A stretch of DNA of 64,000 bases from Trichosphaerium sp. ATCC 40318 (taxonomy: Eukaryota > Protista > Tubulinea). The position numbers were made by a program, and so were the translations under genes. Numbering within the stretch: position 1 is the first letter of the stretch; each line of letters opens with the position of its first letter. This document shows positions 1-13,801 of the stretch, in pieces. The stretch is from NCBI GenBank assembly GCA_038496445.1, contig JALMLS010000282.1, positions 72,318 to 136,317 on the forward strand. The letters are read 5' to 3'. Under the pieces are notes generated by a model. That model did not search any database. It saw only the letters and a list, made by a program, of their open reading frames with translations, and was not told the origin of the DNA.

Positions 1-412
1 GTTTATAAGTTGTATTATCCTAGTGGTAAGTTGGCATTAGAAGGAAACTATGGATTGTAAACATAATCTGCAACTCAAACAACGTCCGATTAGATGTGAG
101 CTTGATTGCTTGGTCACCATACTTGAGACCCTTTGTGATTGTAAAAGTCATACCATAAACAACCAAATGCGTACATCATATTCATTGAGCTATTGTTAGT
201 TGGGAGTTAATCCAGATTAGTAAAAAAGACAACCAACAATTTGAGCTTGTTGTTATCTACAAACGTGTAGCTTTGTCTTTTCATTAAAGTCAAGTGCCTT
301 CCACTTACAGCGTTGGCGCTTAAAATGGCTTCAAGGGAATTAGATTTTTTATTCATTTTAAGTATGAGTTTGGTCTATCTTGTTAAAGCAGTTGTACACT
401 TCTATAGTAGCA

Positions 413-1653
413 ATGCCTCCGAAGAGGTCTAGAACCCGAAAAAAACAACGCAAAGGCCGGAAAAAACGAGGAGCAAAGTCTTATTGTACGCCAAATATCT
501 GTAGCATGTTAACTGTAAGATCTAGCATCATTTCATGACAACGAGCATGGTAAACGAGCCTGGGTGAGTATCACGTGTATTTTTTTTAAAATAACGATTT
601 GTAGTCTGAACAGCTCTCATACAGTGAAGGGAGTGAAGATCCGCAACAAACACAAAAGGAAAAACCAACTCCAACAGAAAAGTCTCTGAGAGACTTAGAA
701 AAACTAACTATCCGTGCGTCATTAGTTTGTCGATGAAACTGACTTTTATACGTCCAGGAGTGTTTAAAGACAACAATCTAGTTTCTCAGGTCTCTATTAC
801 ACCGAAGGTAGCTAAGGAACTTCCTAGTATCGCCAAGATAATGGAGAAGAGCAACACAGATAGTCAAATTGCGCTTCAACTTAGTGATACTGTTACACTA
901 GTTGGAGTGATGCGTACGAACTCTTGTGCTTATCTATTACTTATAGAGATTGTAAGGTTTGTTGAAAGACGTAAGAAATAAATCAGTGTTCCCAATAAAA
1001 CCAAATGATCGTAACATGGAGGAACTAAACGAAGCACAAAAAGCTGCAGCTTGGATGGGGTGTCAGGAATGTACTTTGCGTTTCTTTATCAAGTCTAGGA
1101 GTTAACTAACTACCAAGCTAGTCATTGTACGAAACGTACACGATGGAAATCGCACTAGCCTCAGACGATTTTGAGCACGTGATATCTGAGAGTACCTTAA
1201 GTAGAAGTTTTCCAAAAATAGCTTGGTCAAGTATCAGCGAACACAAGCTGGAAATAGCTGAGGGCGTATTGCATAACTGTAGAGGGACTTTCAATAGTCA
1301 GAACAAAGACGGAGTGTTAGCTATATTCAAACTAGCGGTTAGCCAGCTTTCGTCCAAAGTAACAAGTCGTTTGTGCGAGAAGACTTACATTCCTATATAT
1401 GTACAATACGTTGACTCTGATATTATGTACCAAGTACTGAAAGAAGCAAAGTGAGTCTTTAGTTTTGAGTAATCTGCTGATTGAAATTAGTGTCGTTCAA
1501 TACGGTCAAGATTCATGCTTTTACTCTGTAATTGAGCTGGCAATTACACATGCTATTTACAATGAGAGCTGCTCAGACTGTTTGAACTTCTTGACGCGAC
1601 ATAAACGCTATCTCGTTGCCTCAAAAACTGGTGATAAACTAATGTACAACTAA
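413..1653 (+). CDS. Multi-exon hypothetical protein with basic, NLS-like N-terminus
   Basis: ATG at 413 gives MPPKRSRTRKKQRKGRKKRGAK. ORFs 727-981, 1125-1454 and 1465-1653 are separated by short GT..AG segments. No family recognised. Confidence 0.4.
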
Positions 1654-1924
1654 AATGTTTCTAACACGTGCTAAAACTCTGTAGGTACCTCTTTTTGTAT
1701 AAAGCAAAAAACAACCTGTTAGTTTTTAATGATCTATTCACCTTTGTGAACTCCTTCTCGATGTTCCAGTTCGTTAAAACAAGAACTCTATTTGCCCAAC
1801 AAGTAATTGACTTCAACAAATAACTATGTACAGTTATACCAATACATTTCACCCGTTAGATTTAATTGCATTAATGTAAAACAGTTGTAATATTGAGAAT
1901 TGTAGATGAACCAGTAATGAAGAC

Positions 1925-2485
1925 GGGAGCTTTGCACTCCCCTTCAAGGTTTCCATTAGTATGCTACATTGCTTTGACAATTGACCATTTTCATTCCACT
2001 TCTTGTACTCCCCTTCAAGTTTACCATTGACATAATTGAACTGTAGAGATATTTGACCTTTGGAATACCACTGCTTGTACTCTCCCTCAAGTTTACTGTT
2101 ACACTTCTTGAACAAACTTCCATTATCATGCCACTCTTTTTGTTCCCCATGTCTCGTACCATGTGACCAATGCTGTTTGTGAGTCTAATAAGCAATTAAA
2201 AAAGGTTGGTTCAGGCGTTTTATAACAAAGCATCACATACAAGTAAAAAGTGGTTTTATGACCATGGTTGACATCTCCATCTTTGCCATTTGCCATGCTT
2301 ATTCATCTCTTCATCGAAACTTGTCATCATTGCGCTTGTTTTCGATAGAAGAGGCCAAATTAAATACAATGATACCTCTAAATCAATAATATCAAGTTGT
2401 ATCTCAACGGAAGGTGTAATGGATGACAACCGTCAGATTTATTATTAAATCTCTTTTCATGGTTTGTACATTGCTTCATTGTCAT
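1925..2485 (-). pseudogene. F-box-like/MORN2-repeat pseudogene (paralog of 8352 and 9678)
   Basis: N-terminus NNKSDGCH matches the paralogs, but one C is missing (CTTCCGTTGAG vs CTTCCCGTTGAG), shifting the frame. Only about 3 GKLEGEYKxW repeats precede a second frameshift and truncation. Confidence 0.8.
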
Positions 2486-3248
2486 ATTTAAATATGTTGA
2501 AGATGGTTATAGAGGAAACCTGTTTTACTCATTTTTGGCAAGAGCAATTTAAGCAAATACATGTAGAGCTAAACTGTTGCTTAAGGGACTTCCAAATCAT
2601 GATAACAATTTTACTGTGATGATAGAATGTACTCATCGCTAACACATATTGTACCAGATATATCGAGGCATCAGTTTCTCACAAGTTTAATAGCATCATT
2701 CGCTTAATATCGGCTTGTAGTGACCATTCACGTGATTGTACTTTCCTCGAAGTCCACTACTAAAAAACTGAGAAAATGGTGTGAGTTTAAACATACAGGC
2801 AGAAAAAGATTTCTCTTGTTCGAAGAATCTTGCTATCAAATACATTCAATAATACAGACGCAAGTATTATCGCGTTATTACAAGGAGGGCATCACACCTA
2901 CACAGCTATGATGTATTGCAAAAGATCCTACTGAGCTATTTAAACATATTGGGTTGCTATTCGGTAGAAGAAGATAAACTGGCTTTTATCTCTTTGTTGA
3001 CGTCATTCGTAATATTGCAAACTCGGATTGACAGATTTGTAGGAGTTGTCTTGCCCATGAAATCATCTGGAATCCATCAGCCTTATCACATACTTCTCTG
3101 TAGCATCTCTCTTCCGTTTTATCACGTGACAAACAATTTGTTATTTAAATAAAAGTGAAGCTATTATTGCTTGCGGTTAGTATTGTTATATTTTGATTTA
3201 AGTCAGCGTAAAGAGTCTGACTTGTTTCTTAATCATAACAGACCTTCA

Positions 3249-4616
3249 ATGGCATTACCTATGTCGTTTGACGAGTTTCCGCTTGAGATAGCATTTAATG
3301 TCTTGATGTATTTAGACGACAAGATGAAATTTGTATTTTGCGGTACCTCCAAAGCATGGAGACGGTACATACTCAATGTACCTGAATTCAAGGTATGAAT
3401 GTTAATCTCGTTTATGTTACTGTTTACGCCTGAATTAGGCTGAAATACATCGTTTCATCAATGCTCAACCAGCAACACGCCTTGAAAGAGTCATAAACTT
3501 ACCTACATATCCACACCACCAATTTCTTTCGCCTGAGATTGAGAGTTTTGTATTCTGTGAACCAAAGGTAATCACGTGTCACCTTTGACATTTTAATTAA
3601 CAGCTGTGTCTAGTTTTATGTGTCTATCATCAACGGAAACACTGCATTTGTACTACTCTTGTGAAGTTGTTTTTAGAGGTCTCACACGTGTTATTGTAGG
3701 TATTTCAAGGCGATGCTGCTCATCCAACAAAAACACTTGTTGTACTTTTAGCAAAGGAACTTCCTTCAGTTGCCTTTAAACATGGATTTAAGGATGTGAC
3801 TGTGAAATTGACAATAATTGATAACATACTATTTATTAATGTAGTGTTACCTGTTGGCAAGGATATTTGCTTCAAGATAGACCTTTTTAAAGAAGTAATT
3901 AAAGTGAAAAAGACCAAATGGAAGCACTCAGACTTCTATCATACTCAAAGTAAGATAGATCCAAATATAGTTTACTACATTGAACACAAAGCCAAGTCAA
4001 AGAATCAAAGTGTTTCTATGATAGATACAAGAAAGTCTAAAATACCAGTAAAAGCCTATGTACAAAACTATTGTAAATCAGTACAAGAACTAACACTTTG
4101 TTCAAATAGCAAATGAAGCTCTGTTGTATTGCAGCTGATTCAAAAGATACTTTATATGTATGTAAAGATGATGCCTTTTATGTTCATAAATGGAATGGGG
4201 AGAGATGGGAGATTGCAAAGCTTCGCATAAGAAAGTTTAATGTATTGCATGTCAGCGTGAACTCAAATGATATTATTACATTGGCTGGATGCGGTGGTTA
4301 TGGAAGGCACAATTCTGACTACAAAATAAAGATAGGTAAATGGGATCATGACAGCAATCAATTTAAATTCTTGGTTGATTGTGACATACACCAACATCAA
4401 TGGGCTCACAAAAGAAGCAAAAAAGCGTTTTGCATTGGATGTACGATTTCAAAAAGTTGTTTAACCACTGTTCGTTGTTCATATACTTATTCTTTTTTTT
4501 TAAGCTGTATTGTATGTGATTGGCATTGTTCCAAAGGAAGACTTCAAATATGTTGTACTTGTCAAAAGGTTCCATACACCATAAGTTCAATAAGTTTGCC
4601 TCACGCTAATGAGTAG
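3249..4616 (+). CDS. F-box protein with beta-rich C-terminal region (multi-exon, 3' end uncertain)
   Basis: FDEFPLEIAFNVLMYLD...FCGTSKAWR is an F-box motif. The next exon (AEIHRFINAQP...) continues in frame, followed by ORFs 3796-4116 and 4113-4616. Confidence 0.65.
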
Positions 4617-4963
4617 AGCCGTTCACTATAACAACTAACCTCTGTTATACTGTATTGTTGTGAACGATTACTCTGGCGTTGCCTATGCATCATGGACATT
4701 CTCCGGCTTGAATAAATCATGATTGAACTGAAAACAGTTTTGATAAACTATTCATTACTGAGTAAATCTTCAACGTACTAGCACCATTGTTGTAAGAGCG
4801 CTTTTTGCACGTACTACAAAACCCATTTTGTATTAAAACTCAACCTGGTCCAACGACAAGGGATAAAAATTTGTGGATTCTAGTACCAGCTTTTTATATG
4901 TAGATTGGAAATTGTTTTTTCAAAACATTTTGTTTTGCCATAACATCCCTAAACAACATGGTG

Positions 4964-5976
4964 TCACATTACAACGCAATTTGTCTTCTCTGTAGATTTA
5001 TCAACAATTCCTTTATGTTTCAACGCTGCTAGAGCTGCTTCATCGAATACTACACAAAAAAGAAAAGTAGGTTAGCACTCCGAGTGTAAGAACACTCATG
5101 ATACGTACCTTTCTTCATACCATCTTGAGTAAGAGCGCTACATTCCGCATAAGACACTGCCTTTGTAGAGATAATCAGTGCGATAAAAATAGTGAAAGTA
5201 GCTTACCCCTATTTTTTTTGCAACCTTTTCAGCTTCTTCTCGAGGTACACAATCGTATGGACTTCCATCACTTTTTGGTGTTGTTCTCAAATCCATTTTA
5301 AGACCTACAAGAACAATAGGTGTATCTGGACAATGGTGATGTACTTCAGGTTTCCACTACATGTGATTAGTTTTGTTGTTAAAGAAAGAACCTTGAAGCT
5401 TTAGGTGTACCTTGGAAACAACTTTTTGAAGACTAGATGGCGAAATGACGCTGAAGCATATTAGAAAAACATCAGTTTGCTAAAACAATCACATCAGAAC
5501 ACAAATAAACATAGCAACAAAAACTATCAAGTCTTACAGGATAGCTCAAAGGTCTCAATGTGTCATAATCATCACGACTTGCTGTATCAAATAAACCTTT
5601 CAAATGTGTCAACAATATTATGTAGAAGGAAAGAGCCAGCGAACCTAAGTGTACAGTCTTGCCTGCAACCGTCACATCAGTACTAAAAAACGTGTCAATT
5701 TTTTTTTTTGTGGATTTCTTGTTTTTCACAAATATCGAAGTCGCTTCAACCCCTAATTACCTGTAATTATCCTTCCCTGTATATACTAAGCGGTATAAGC
5801 ATCAACAAGGCTAATTAGGCCGTACCGTAATCTTGAGGGAATAAATTTGTTGTAACGCGTATAAGCAACTGTGTTTTGCCTTAGAAGGCAAGTATTAGCG
5901 CGAAATAACGACTTTTTGTCGTTTAGTACATACCAACTGCTACATCTCCGTTAACAACCACTTTGATATTATCCAT
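4964..5976 (-). CDS. Divergent Rac/Rho-family small GTPase, copy 1
   Basis: Spliced: [20 protein letters not shown]...[11 protein letters not shown]...[19 protein letters not shown]...GLKMDLR...ECSALTQ...TNCVVM*. P-loop, G4, G5 and CaaX present. Confidence 0.9.
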
Positions 5977-6119
5977 GGCGTATGTGATGTGTTATTGAAT
6001 GATTAACGGGATTTATGGATTAAGTGAGGTGCAACACAGAACCAAAATCCTAAAAATAGGCGAATAATGTAAAAGTAAACACAAAAAAAAGATAAACTTG
6101 TTGGATAGGAAAAATAACA

Positions 6120-6290
6120 TGTAGGATTTGACGCGTAATAACGCTATTTTGTGGTAGCGCTGAGCCTTATTTCGTGACAATTTACTAACATAGGTAGCCT
6201 TGTGCAACTCTGAAAGCTACACACCCTTGCCAAATTAAGATTTGTGGGAAAAGCACGTGTCTATGAAATCGTTAAGCTGCTAAGGTCATA
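6120..6290. mobile_element. Degenerate copy of the MITE at 22529
   Basis: GGATTTGACGCGTAATAACGCTATTTTG and CATAGGTAGCCTTGTGCAACTC align with 22539-22630. Confidence 0.55.
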
Positions 6291-6815
6291 TTTTTTAAAC
6301 ATGGTCACAAAAATCTACTTTATTTGTTTTTATTTCATAACAGACAAATATACGACGCACTAGTGGAACAAATATTAAAGGTGCTTATCCTTTTTGTCGT
6401 TTTGCGGAGGTAGGGTAGCGGAAACCAGCCCAGCTCTCTTTTCGGGTGATTAGTCTTTAAGGTAATGAACGTTTAAGTAGGAATTTTAGGGGATTTTCTC
6501 GCTGACGTCTCTACAGCCATGTTAGACTACCAATATTTTGTGAGTTGACAGTTTACAAAGGCCTTTCGAATAAATAGCAGCTTGATAAGTATCCATGTCC
6601 ATTTGATTAATACCGTGAACTGAATCTGTTCATTGATTGTAAGATTAAAAATCCTATGAAGTGTCTTCAACTTGCTTGTGTTCAATATGTGTGAGGTTCA
6701 TTAAAACAGGAATCTAATAAACGCATACTTGTATTTGAAGTTCAACAAAGTGTGCTAGTTTTAATTACTTTTGAACTAAAGTCACATTACTCCTTCACAC
6801 TTTAAAAACATGTTT

Positions 6816-7867
6816 TCACATTACAACGCATTTTGGCTTCTCTGTACATTTGTAAGCAACAAGCCCTCTATGTGCCAAGGCTGCTAGAATTGCTTCATCG
6901 AATACTATGCAAAAAAAGAAAAGTTAACACGTTTGATGTTGTTTTTGTAGAAGCCGAGTGTAAGAACACTCATGATATGTACCTTGGTTCAAACCATCTT
7001 GAGTAAGAGCGCTACATTCCACGTACGACATTGCCTTGGTAGAGATAATCAGCGAGTGAGATAAAAATAGTGAAAGTAACTTACCCCTATTTCTATAGCA
7101 ACCTTTTCAGCTTCTTCTCGAGGTACACAGTCGTATGGAGTTTTATCACTTTTAGTTGTTGTTCTCAGATCCGTTTGAAGACCTGCAAGAACTATAGGTG
7201 TATCTGGACAATGGTGATGTACTTCAGGTTTCCACTACATGTGATTAGTTTTATTGTTAAAGAAAGATCCTTGTAGCCTTAGGTGTACCTTCGAAACAAC
7301 ATTTTGAAGACCTGATGGCCAAGCAACGCTGAAGCATATTAGGAAAACATCAGTTTGCTAAAAAAAAATCACGTGAGAAGACAAATTGTTTCAACACAAA
7401 CAGGCGAAACATAGCAACAAAAATTACAGAAAATCTCAAAGATCTCAATGTATCAAAATCCATAGGACCTGGTGTATCCCATAAACCTTTTAAAAAGTTA
7501 AATAACAGTATGAGGTAAAGAAAGAGATAGCGAACTTAAATGTACTGGCTTGCTTGCAACCATCACATTAGCATTAGTGCTAAAAAACGTGTCAACATTT
7601 CTTATGGATATTTTTTTCTTCTAAAATACGCAAAGTCGCTTCAACCCCTTACCTGTAACTGCCAAACACTGTCGGTACTAAGCAGTATAAGCATCAATAA
7701 GGCTAGTTAGGCCGTACCGTATTCTGTAGGGAAAGAATTTAATGCATAGCTCATGAGCAAGCATGTTTTGCCTGAACAAACAATATTAGGGCGAAATAAC
7801 GACTCTTTGCTCTTTAGTTCATACCAACCGCTCCATCTCCAACAACAACAAGTTTGATATTCTGCAT
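6816..7867 (-). CDS. Divergent Rac/Rho-family small GTPase, copy 2 (tandem with copy 1)
   Basis: Spliced: [20 protein letters not shown]...[11 protein letters not shown]...[19 protein letters not shown]...GLQTDLR...ECSALTQ...PKCVVM*. Same intron positions as copy 1. Confidence 0.9.
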
Positions 7868-8351
7868 GGCGTATGTAATATGCTGTTGAGCAATTAACGT
7901 GTTTTATGTCCGGTTTAGCCTAAACCCAACTAAAAAAAAGTTAAATTTCTAGCTTATCAATTTTATTTTGAGTTGTTTAAGGTATGATAGGAAACGTTAT
8001 ACCTTCTTGACCTCGACAAGATGAGGAAACAAAATGGATAACTTACCACTTTTATCTAAACAGGAAACCAAGGTATTTAAAGTTTATTGTCGGTGTGCGT
8101 GATAGCTACATTGCTGATGGCTCATAGTTCTCAAAAGAAGTTACAGGCAAACATGTTTGTTTGGTTTTTTTTATTGAGTTATACTTTATCAAGGCACATA
8201 TAGTACACACAAGCTCCCCATGGAACCTGGGATATGTCCCTTGACAGGCAAACATGTTCACGTACTAGTAGTCAATGTCAGTCAGAAACGACTACAAGTT
8301 AAAAACACGTGGGTTCTAGCGGTTTATACTTTAACGCACCCATATTTAATT

Positions 8352-9365
8352 ATGACAACAAAGCATAGTACAAACAATGCAAAGGGGTTTAGTAATAAAT
8401 CTGACGGTTGCCACCTGTTACGCCTTCCCGTTGAGATTCAACTTGATATTATTGATTTAGAGGTATCATTGTATTTAATTTGGCCTCTTCTATCTAAAAC
8501 AAGCGCAATGATGACAAGATTCGATGAAGAGATGAAGAAACATGGAAAATGGCAAAGAAGAACATCTAACAACCAACTTGTAAGCTCTCAGTCGTATTCA
8601 CAGTAATCAAGTTTCTTCAATTCTATTTTGAACGTGGACCACTTTTTAATTTTATCTTAGACTCATGAACAACATTGGTCACATGGTAATATGCATGGAG
8701 AACAAAAAGAGTGGCACGATAATGGAAGTTTGTTTGAGACGTGTAACTATACTAATAGTAAACTTGAGGGAGAGTACAAGCGGTGGCACTTTAATGGTCA
8801 ATTGTGGTTACATCTTGTTTATGTCAATGATAAATTTGAAGGAGAGTACAAGGAGTGGCATGACAATGGCCAATTGAAACAGCGTTGCAGTTATGCAAAT
8901 GGTAAACGAGAAGGAGCATACAGGAGTTGGTATGACAGTGGCCAATTGAAAGAGTATTGTTGTTATGTCTTTGGCAATATTGAAGGAGAATACAAACAAT
9001 GGCATGATATTGGTCACTTCAAAGAGCGATGTACTTACGTAAAAGGTAATCCAATTGGAGAATACAAGCAATGGTATGAAGACGGCCAATTATGTAAGTG
9101 GATTAGATATATCAATGGCAGTCATGCTGAGTGTAATCTTGAAGCAGAGTATAAGATTTGGCATGACAATGGCCAAATGGCAGAGCACTTTTCTTATGTA
9201 AATGGTAAACGAGAAGGAGATTACAAGAAGTGGGGCTATACTGGCAAATTGTTATCACACTTCAATTTTGTCAATGGTACAGCTGAAGGACGGTGGGATA
9301 CTGGTGGTCAATATCACGTATTTGAGACACCTGAGATAGAGCCCAATAGGTGTTTGTTGATGTAA
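8352..9365 (+). CDS. F-box-like + MORN2-repeat protein with C-terminal CaaX
   Basis: Exon 1 has LLRLPVEIQLDIIDL. One intron (GTAAG at about 8580 to CTTAG at 8660). Then 24-aa GKxEGEYKxWxDNGQL repeats, ending NRCLLM*. Confidence 0.85.
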
Positions 9366-9677
9366 TTAAAGCTTCTTAAAAGTACTTGCTTGGATACGTT
9401 CAGAGAAGGAAGCCAAAGAATTGTTTATAAAACAGTGCAATACAAATAAATGTTTCAAGTTTTTAGTTAATGTTGTAAACCTCGTTGATTAAGAATTCTA
9501 ACAGGACATTGAAATTGACCCAAATTTACCATCAGAGGTAAGACTCACTTACAAAAAATCGCCCAAACAACGACATTAAGTTCAACTCTGACTCCGCCTT
9601 AATTAGTCACTTACTGTAGCTAACAAGTACACCTGGTGCCCTCAAAAATATCTACAACGTGTTGATACTATTTAATT

Positions 9678-10940
9678 ATGACAACGAAGCATAGTACAAA
9701 CAATGCAAAGGGGTTTAGTAATAAATCTGACAGTTGTTACCTATTACGCCTTCCCGTTGAGATTCAACTTGATATTATTGATTTAGAGGTATCATTGTAT
9801 TTAATTTGGCCTCTTCTATCTAAAACAAGCGCAATGATGACAAGATTCGATGAAGAGATTAAGAAGCATGGAAAATGGCAAAGATGGAGACACGTGACAC
9901 TAGAAAACCGTATTATACTCGTAAGTGATGGCTTTTTATAAAAACGACCTAAAAACCAATTGTAACGTTTGTGTTAAATTATTATTCTTCGGTGAAGCAC
10001 CTTTAACATCTAAACTGACTTTTTTTTGAAGCCATTTTTAATCGCACAGTAGGTTCACGAACAACATTGGTCAAATGGTAAGAAACATGGAGAACAAAAA
10101 GAGTGGCACGATAATGGAAACTTGATGGATAAAAGTAATTACGTCAATAATGAACTTGAAGGAGAGCGCAAGCGATGGTTTGAAAATGGCCAATTATGGG
10201 TTCAGTCCATTTATCTCAATGGTAAACTTGAAGGAGAGTACAAGGTGTGGTATCAAAATGGCCAATTGAGCCACCACTGTACCTATGTCAATGATAAACT
10301 TGAAGGGAAGTGCAAAAAGTGGAAAGAAAACGGAAAACTGAACACTGAAAATAATTATGTCAATGATATTCTTGAAGGAGAGTACAAGGTTTGGTTTACA
10401 GAAAACGGCGAACAAAAGCTATTGGATAATATCAATTACTATGTTAGTGGTAAACGACACGGAGAGTATAAGAGATGGTATATCAATGGTCAATTGTACA
10501 TCCACTGCAACTATGCCAATGGTAAACGACAAGGAGAGTACAAGCAGTGGCATGCTAATGGCCAATTGCGTGAGCACAGTAATTATATCAGTGATACACT
10601 AGAAGGAGAGTACACAGAGTGGGATAGAGAAGGCCAATTGATACAGCACTGCTATTACGTAAATGGTAATGATTCAGGCCGCCGTAGTGTACTAGATGGA
10701 GAGTTCAAGCAGTGGTACAACGGTTGCCAATTAAAAAAGCAGTGCACTTATGTAAATGGTAAACTTGAAGGAGAGTACAGGGAGTGGGGTTATAATAGCC
10801 AATTGATACAGCATAGCACTTATGTAAATGATAAACTTGAAGGAGAGCACAAGGAGTGGAATAGTGATGGCCAATTGATACAGCACAACACTTACGCCAA
10901 TGGTACAGTTAAAGAAGAAAACAGGTGTTTACTGATGTAG
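9678..10940 (+). CDS. F-box-like + MORN2-repeat protein with C-terminal CaaX (tandem paralog)
   Basis: Exon 1 is nearly identical to that of 8352. Intron about 9921-10051. About 11 MORN2 repeats, ending NRCLLM*. Confidence 0.85.
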
Positions 10941-11764
10941 TGAAGCTACTAGAACCACGTGAAAGTGTACTTGTTGTTGGAGGTGTTCAGGAACCCAAAG
11001 ATGTTTTCAATGAACAGTGCAAACAGCAAGTAATTTGCTGGCTAGAAAACTAACTCGTAGCTCAATCTTTAGTAGTGTCCTACAAGTAAATTAATCCTTT
11101 ACGTGTTAATATGTTTAACTTCATCCTATTAAATCCCATCCACCCTTGTTAATGTGCATGCCTCATGTAGTGTCTGGCTAAGCCTAGTCAACTAAGCAAA
11201 CAAGCAAGCCAATGCAAAAAAGTCAAAGACTGTACAAGTCAATAAACAATACAAAGTACAAATAGCGAAATGGTGTACATGCTAAAATACCAACGCATAA
11301 CTGATGAAGAAGTCAGCTTTTTTTTTTCATCCAAATAAAATTCGTTTGATTTCTCCATGCTAGAAGTGAGGTGAAGTATCAAAAAAACTAAACTGATTTC
11401 ATCCTTCAATCTAATATCGCTCTATTTAGGATGTTGTAAACCAAGCTTACACCGTTAAAAACCGTTGAATTTCACGTGTTTTTTTTTTGTTAATTTCTTA
11501 ACTAGTCTCAAGTTAAGCCAATTATCAGCTAGTACCTATCATCCGTCACCGTTGCAACATAATAGTAGGTACGTAGATAATAAACTTGTTTTAAAACAGT
11601 TGTGATGTTAGAATTATTATACGTATTTGTTCGTGCACTCCTGCGGTGCTTACGCGTAGTGTGACGATATGGGTGCACTTTTTATCGAATTACGTCATGT
11701 TCCGTCAGAAAAGCGCGTAGGTGATTCAAACAACTCACATGAGTAGGACAATACTGTATTGCAC

Positions 11765-13801
11765 ATGGAAACTGAGACTCTGAGCAGCGTGCGAGTAAAC
11801 AGAGGAGCTGATTCCCTTGAAACAGAACCGTTACGGCAAAGTACGCAAAAAAGAGTTACAGGAGTAGTGATAGGACTCTTACGCAGAAATAGTTAGCCGG
11901 CTGCAAGATTGGTCTACGGACGATGTGGAGCAGTGGTTTATCAACGAAGGCTACCCTAGCCTTGCTAAAAAGTTTAAGAAGCATAGTATAAACGGAAGTG
12001 ACCTCTCAGAGCTAAGTACTGAAGATTTGAAAGAAATAGGCGTAAAAACAATTGGTCAACGTCGTAAGATAATGAGGAAAGTGAATCAAGTACTTTTAGA
12101 AGACAAAAAAGGTACACAAACGAAGAAAATCACAAACAAATCGACCTTTTTTATTTCTCGCTGAATGACGTTTTGTCACGCTTTAGTTCATTAAATCTCT
12201 TTTTAATCATATTAGAGGAGAACACAGATGATCAAGACACAATTGAGCTTGCTACAGAGGCATTTAAACTACTACCAGATATCAAAAGAGGACCAAGACA
12301 AGCTGTTGTTGGATTTCTTTTTCATGCTGAAGAGTTCTTAGATTCTCCTATTTGGAAGCAATTCGTTTTAGCTTTTTCTGGTGGTGCTTATATTGCTTTT
12401 GGTGCTGCTCTTTCTATTGTACTATCAGCGGGTGTTGGTATGTATACCGAAGTTTTTTTTTTTGAAGCTGCTAAAAGTCGAAACTTTTTCTTTTTTTGTT
12501 GTTACAACTTTTTGACTCGCTTTCAGAGACACCTGGTCCAAAACGTTTCTTGACTTCTCTTGGATTCATTGCTGGATTCTCAATGGTTATACTTACTGGT
12601 TCCGCGTTATTCACAGAGGTACGGGTCGTGTATATTGAGTTTTTCTTCTAATATCAATATGCAGATAAATGTGCTAATTCCTGATATGATTTTGCTTCGA
12701 TTACGGACCTACAGACTTATTTGTCGCAAATGCTTCAGATTTTGGGCTTTGGTATATGTAGGGAATATTATAGGAGCTTTAACAGTAACATTCCTTCTTT
12801 GGTTAACGAGTACTTTAACTAAAGATTCGCTTGATAGATTGGATGACATTGTTTTTGAAAAAATGAAATACTCGGACAAGGTACAACAACAGCCTTCTGA
12901 ATTTTATGTGTACCCTTCTGCTTTACTTCATGGTCTATCATAATATTTTTTTAAAGCCACTATAATTGACCTAACCTTTTTTTTTAGCCAACTGTTGGAA
13001 GTTGGTTCTTGGTTTTAATTTCTGGTATTCTTGGAAATTGGCTTGTTGGTGTTGCTGCGTTACTTGCACAAACAGCAAGAACATTGATATCTAAAGTTAT
13101 TGCTGTATTTTTTCCAGTCATGACATTTGTTTCATTGGGTGTTGCACATGCACCAGCAAATATGGGTACGCCAAATGTTGAAAAAACAAAAAATCACGTT
13201 TTATTTCCTTACCTCAATCCTACCCTTGTCGTACGCGTCAGATTTTAAGTATAATCGAAAATGAGTCGTATATAAATCGAGAAAGGTTTCACAAAGGCTC
13301 ATGATCACATAGTGTTGATGTAGCTCGAAAACTCTCAAAACTTATTTTTTTCCAACTTTTTTTGTATTTTATTCTTTTGATGCTTTTGGAAATTAGTCAC
13401 GTGATCGCTGTGTCAAAAAATAACACGTGATGGTTTGACTAATAATTGTATTTTTAGGATACCTATTCTTGGGATTGATGGAAGGTAAAGGAAAGACATC
13501 AGTACTTAAAGTCATTGTGTGGAATCTTTGTACGTTAACTTGGAGAACATATTCAAGCTCGGAAAAATATTTTTCCGCAAAAAAGGTACTTATTTTTATA
13601 TTTAGTGCCGTCATCCATCGGAAATCTCCTAGGAGGTATGATTATGGTTGGTTTATTCTACTGGGTTGTTTTTGCACCTCCAAAAAGACAGCTAAGGTCA
13701 ACATTCCCACATTTGTTTAAAAAGCCTCACGTACGCCTTAAAATAGTAATCTAAGCGTAAGTAACCATGTCTGACGCTAAATAGAAGAAAAACAACAAGT
13801 A
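11765..13801 (+). CDS. SAM domain + formate/nitrite transporter (FNT) family channel
   Basis: SAM: WSTDDVEQWF...LSTEDLKEIGVKTIGQRRKI. FNT motifs: GGAYIAFG, GSALFT, VYVGNIIGA, GILGNWLV, HAPANM, GNLLGG. Both termini approximate. Confidence 0.8.

Noticed and set aside
5098-5404. Plus-strand ORFs here, and similar ones at 7070, 32784, 38940 and minus-strand 43088, that recur as a family
   Set aside because: They are antisense shadows of the duplicated Rac and SAM-like exons.
8352-10940. Giant-virus or bacterial origin of the contig, or an endogenous viral insert
   Set aside because: The MORN2, F-box and RCC1 genes carry spliceosomal introns and sit among eukaryotic housekeeping genes. No capsid, packaging ATPase or viral polymerase was seen.
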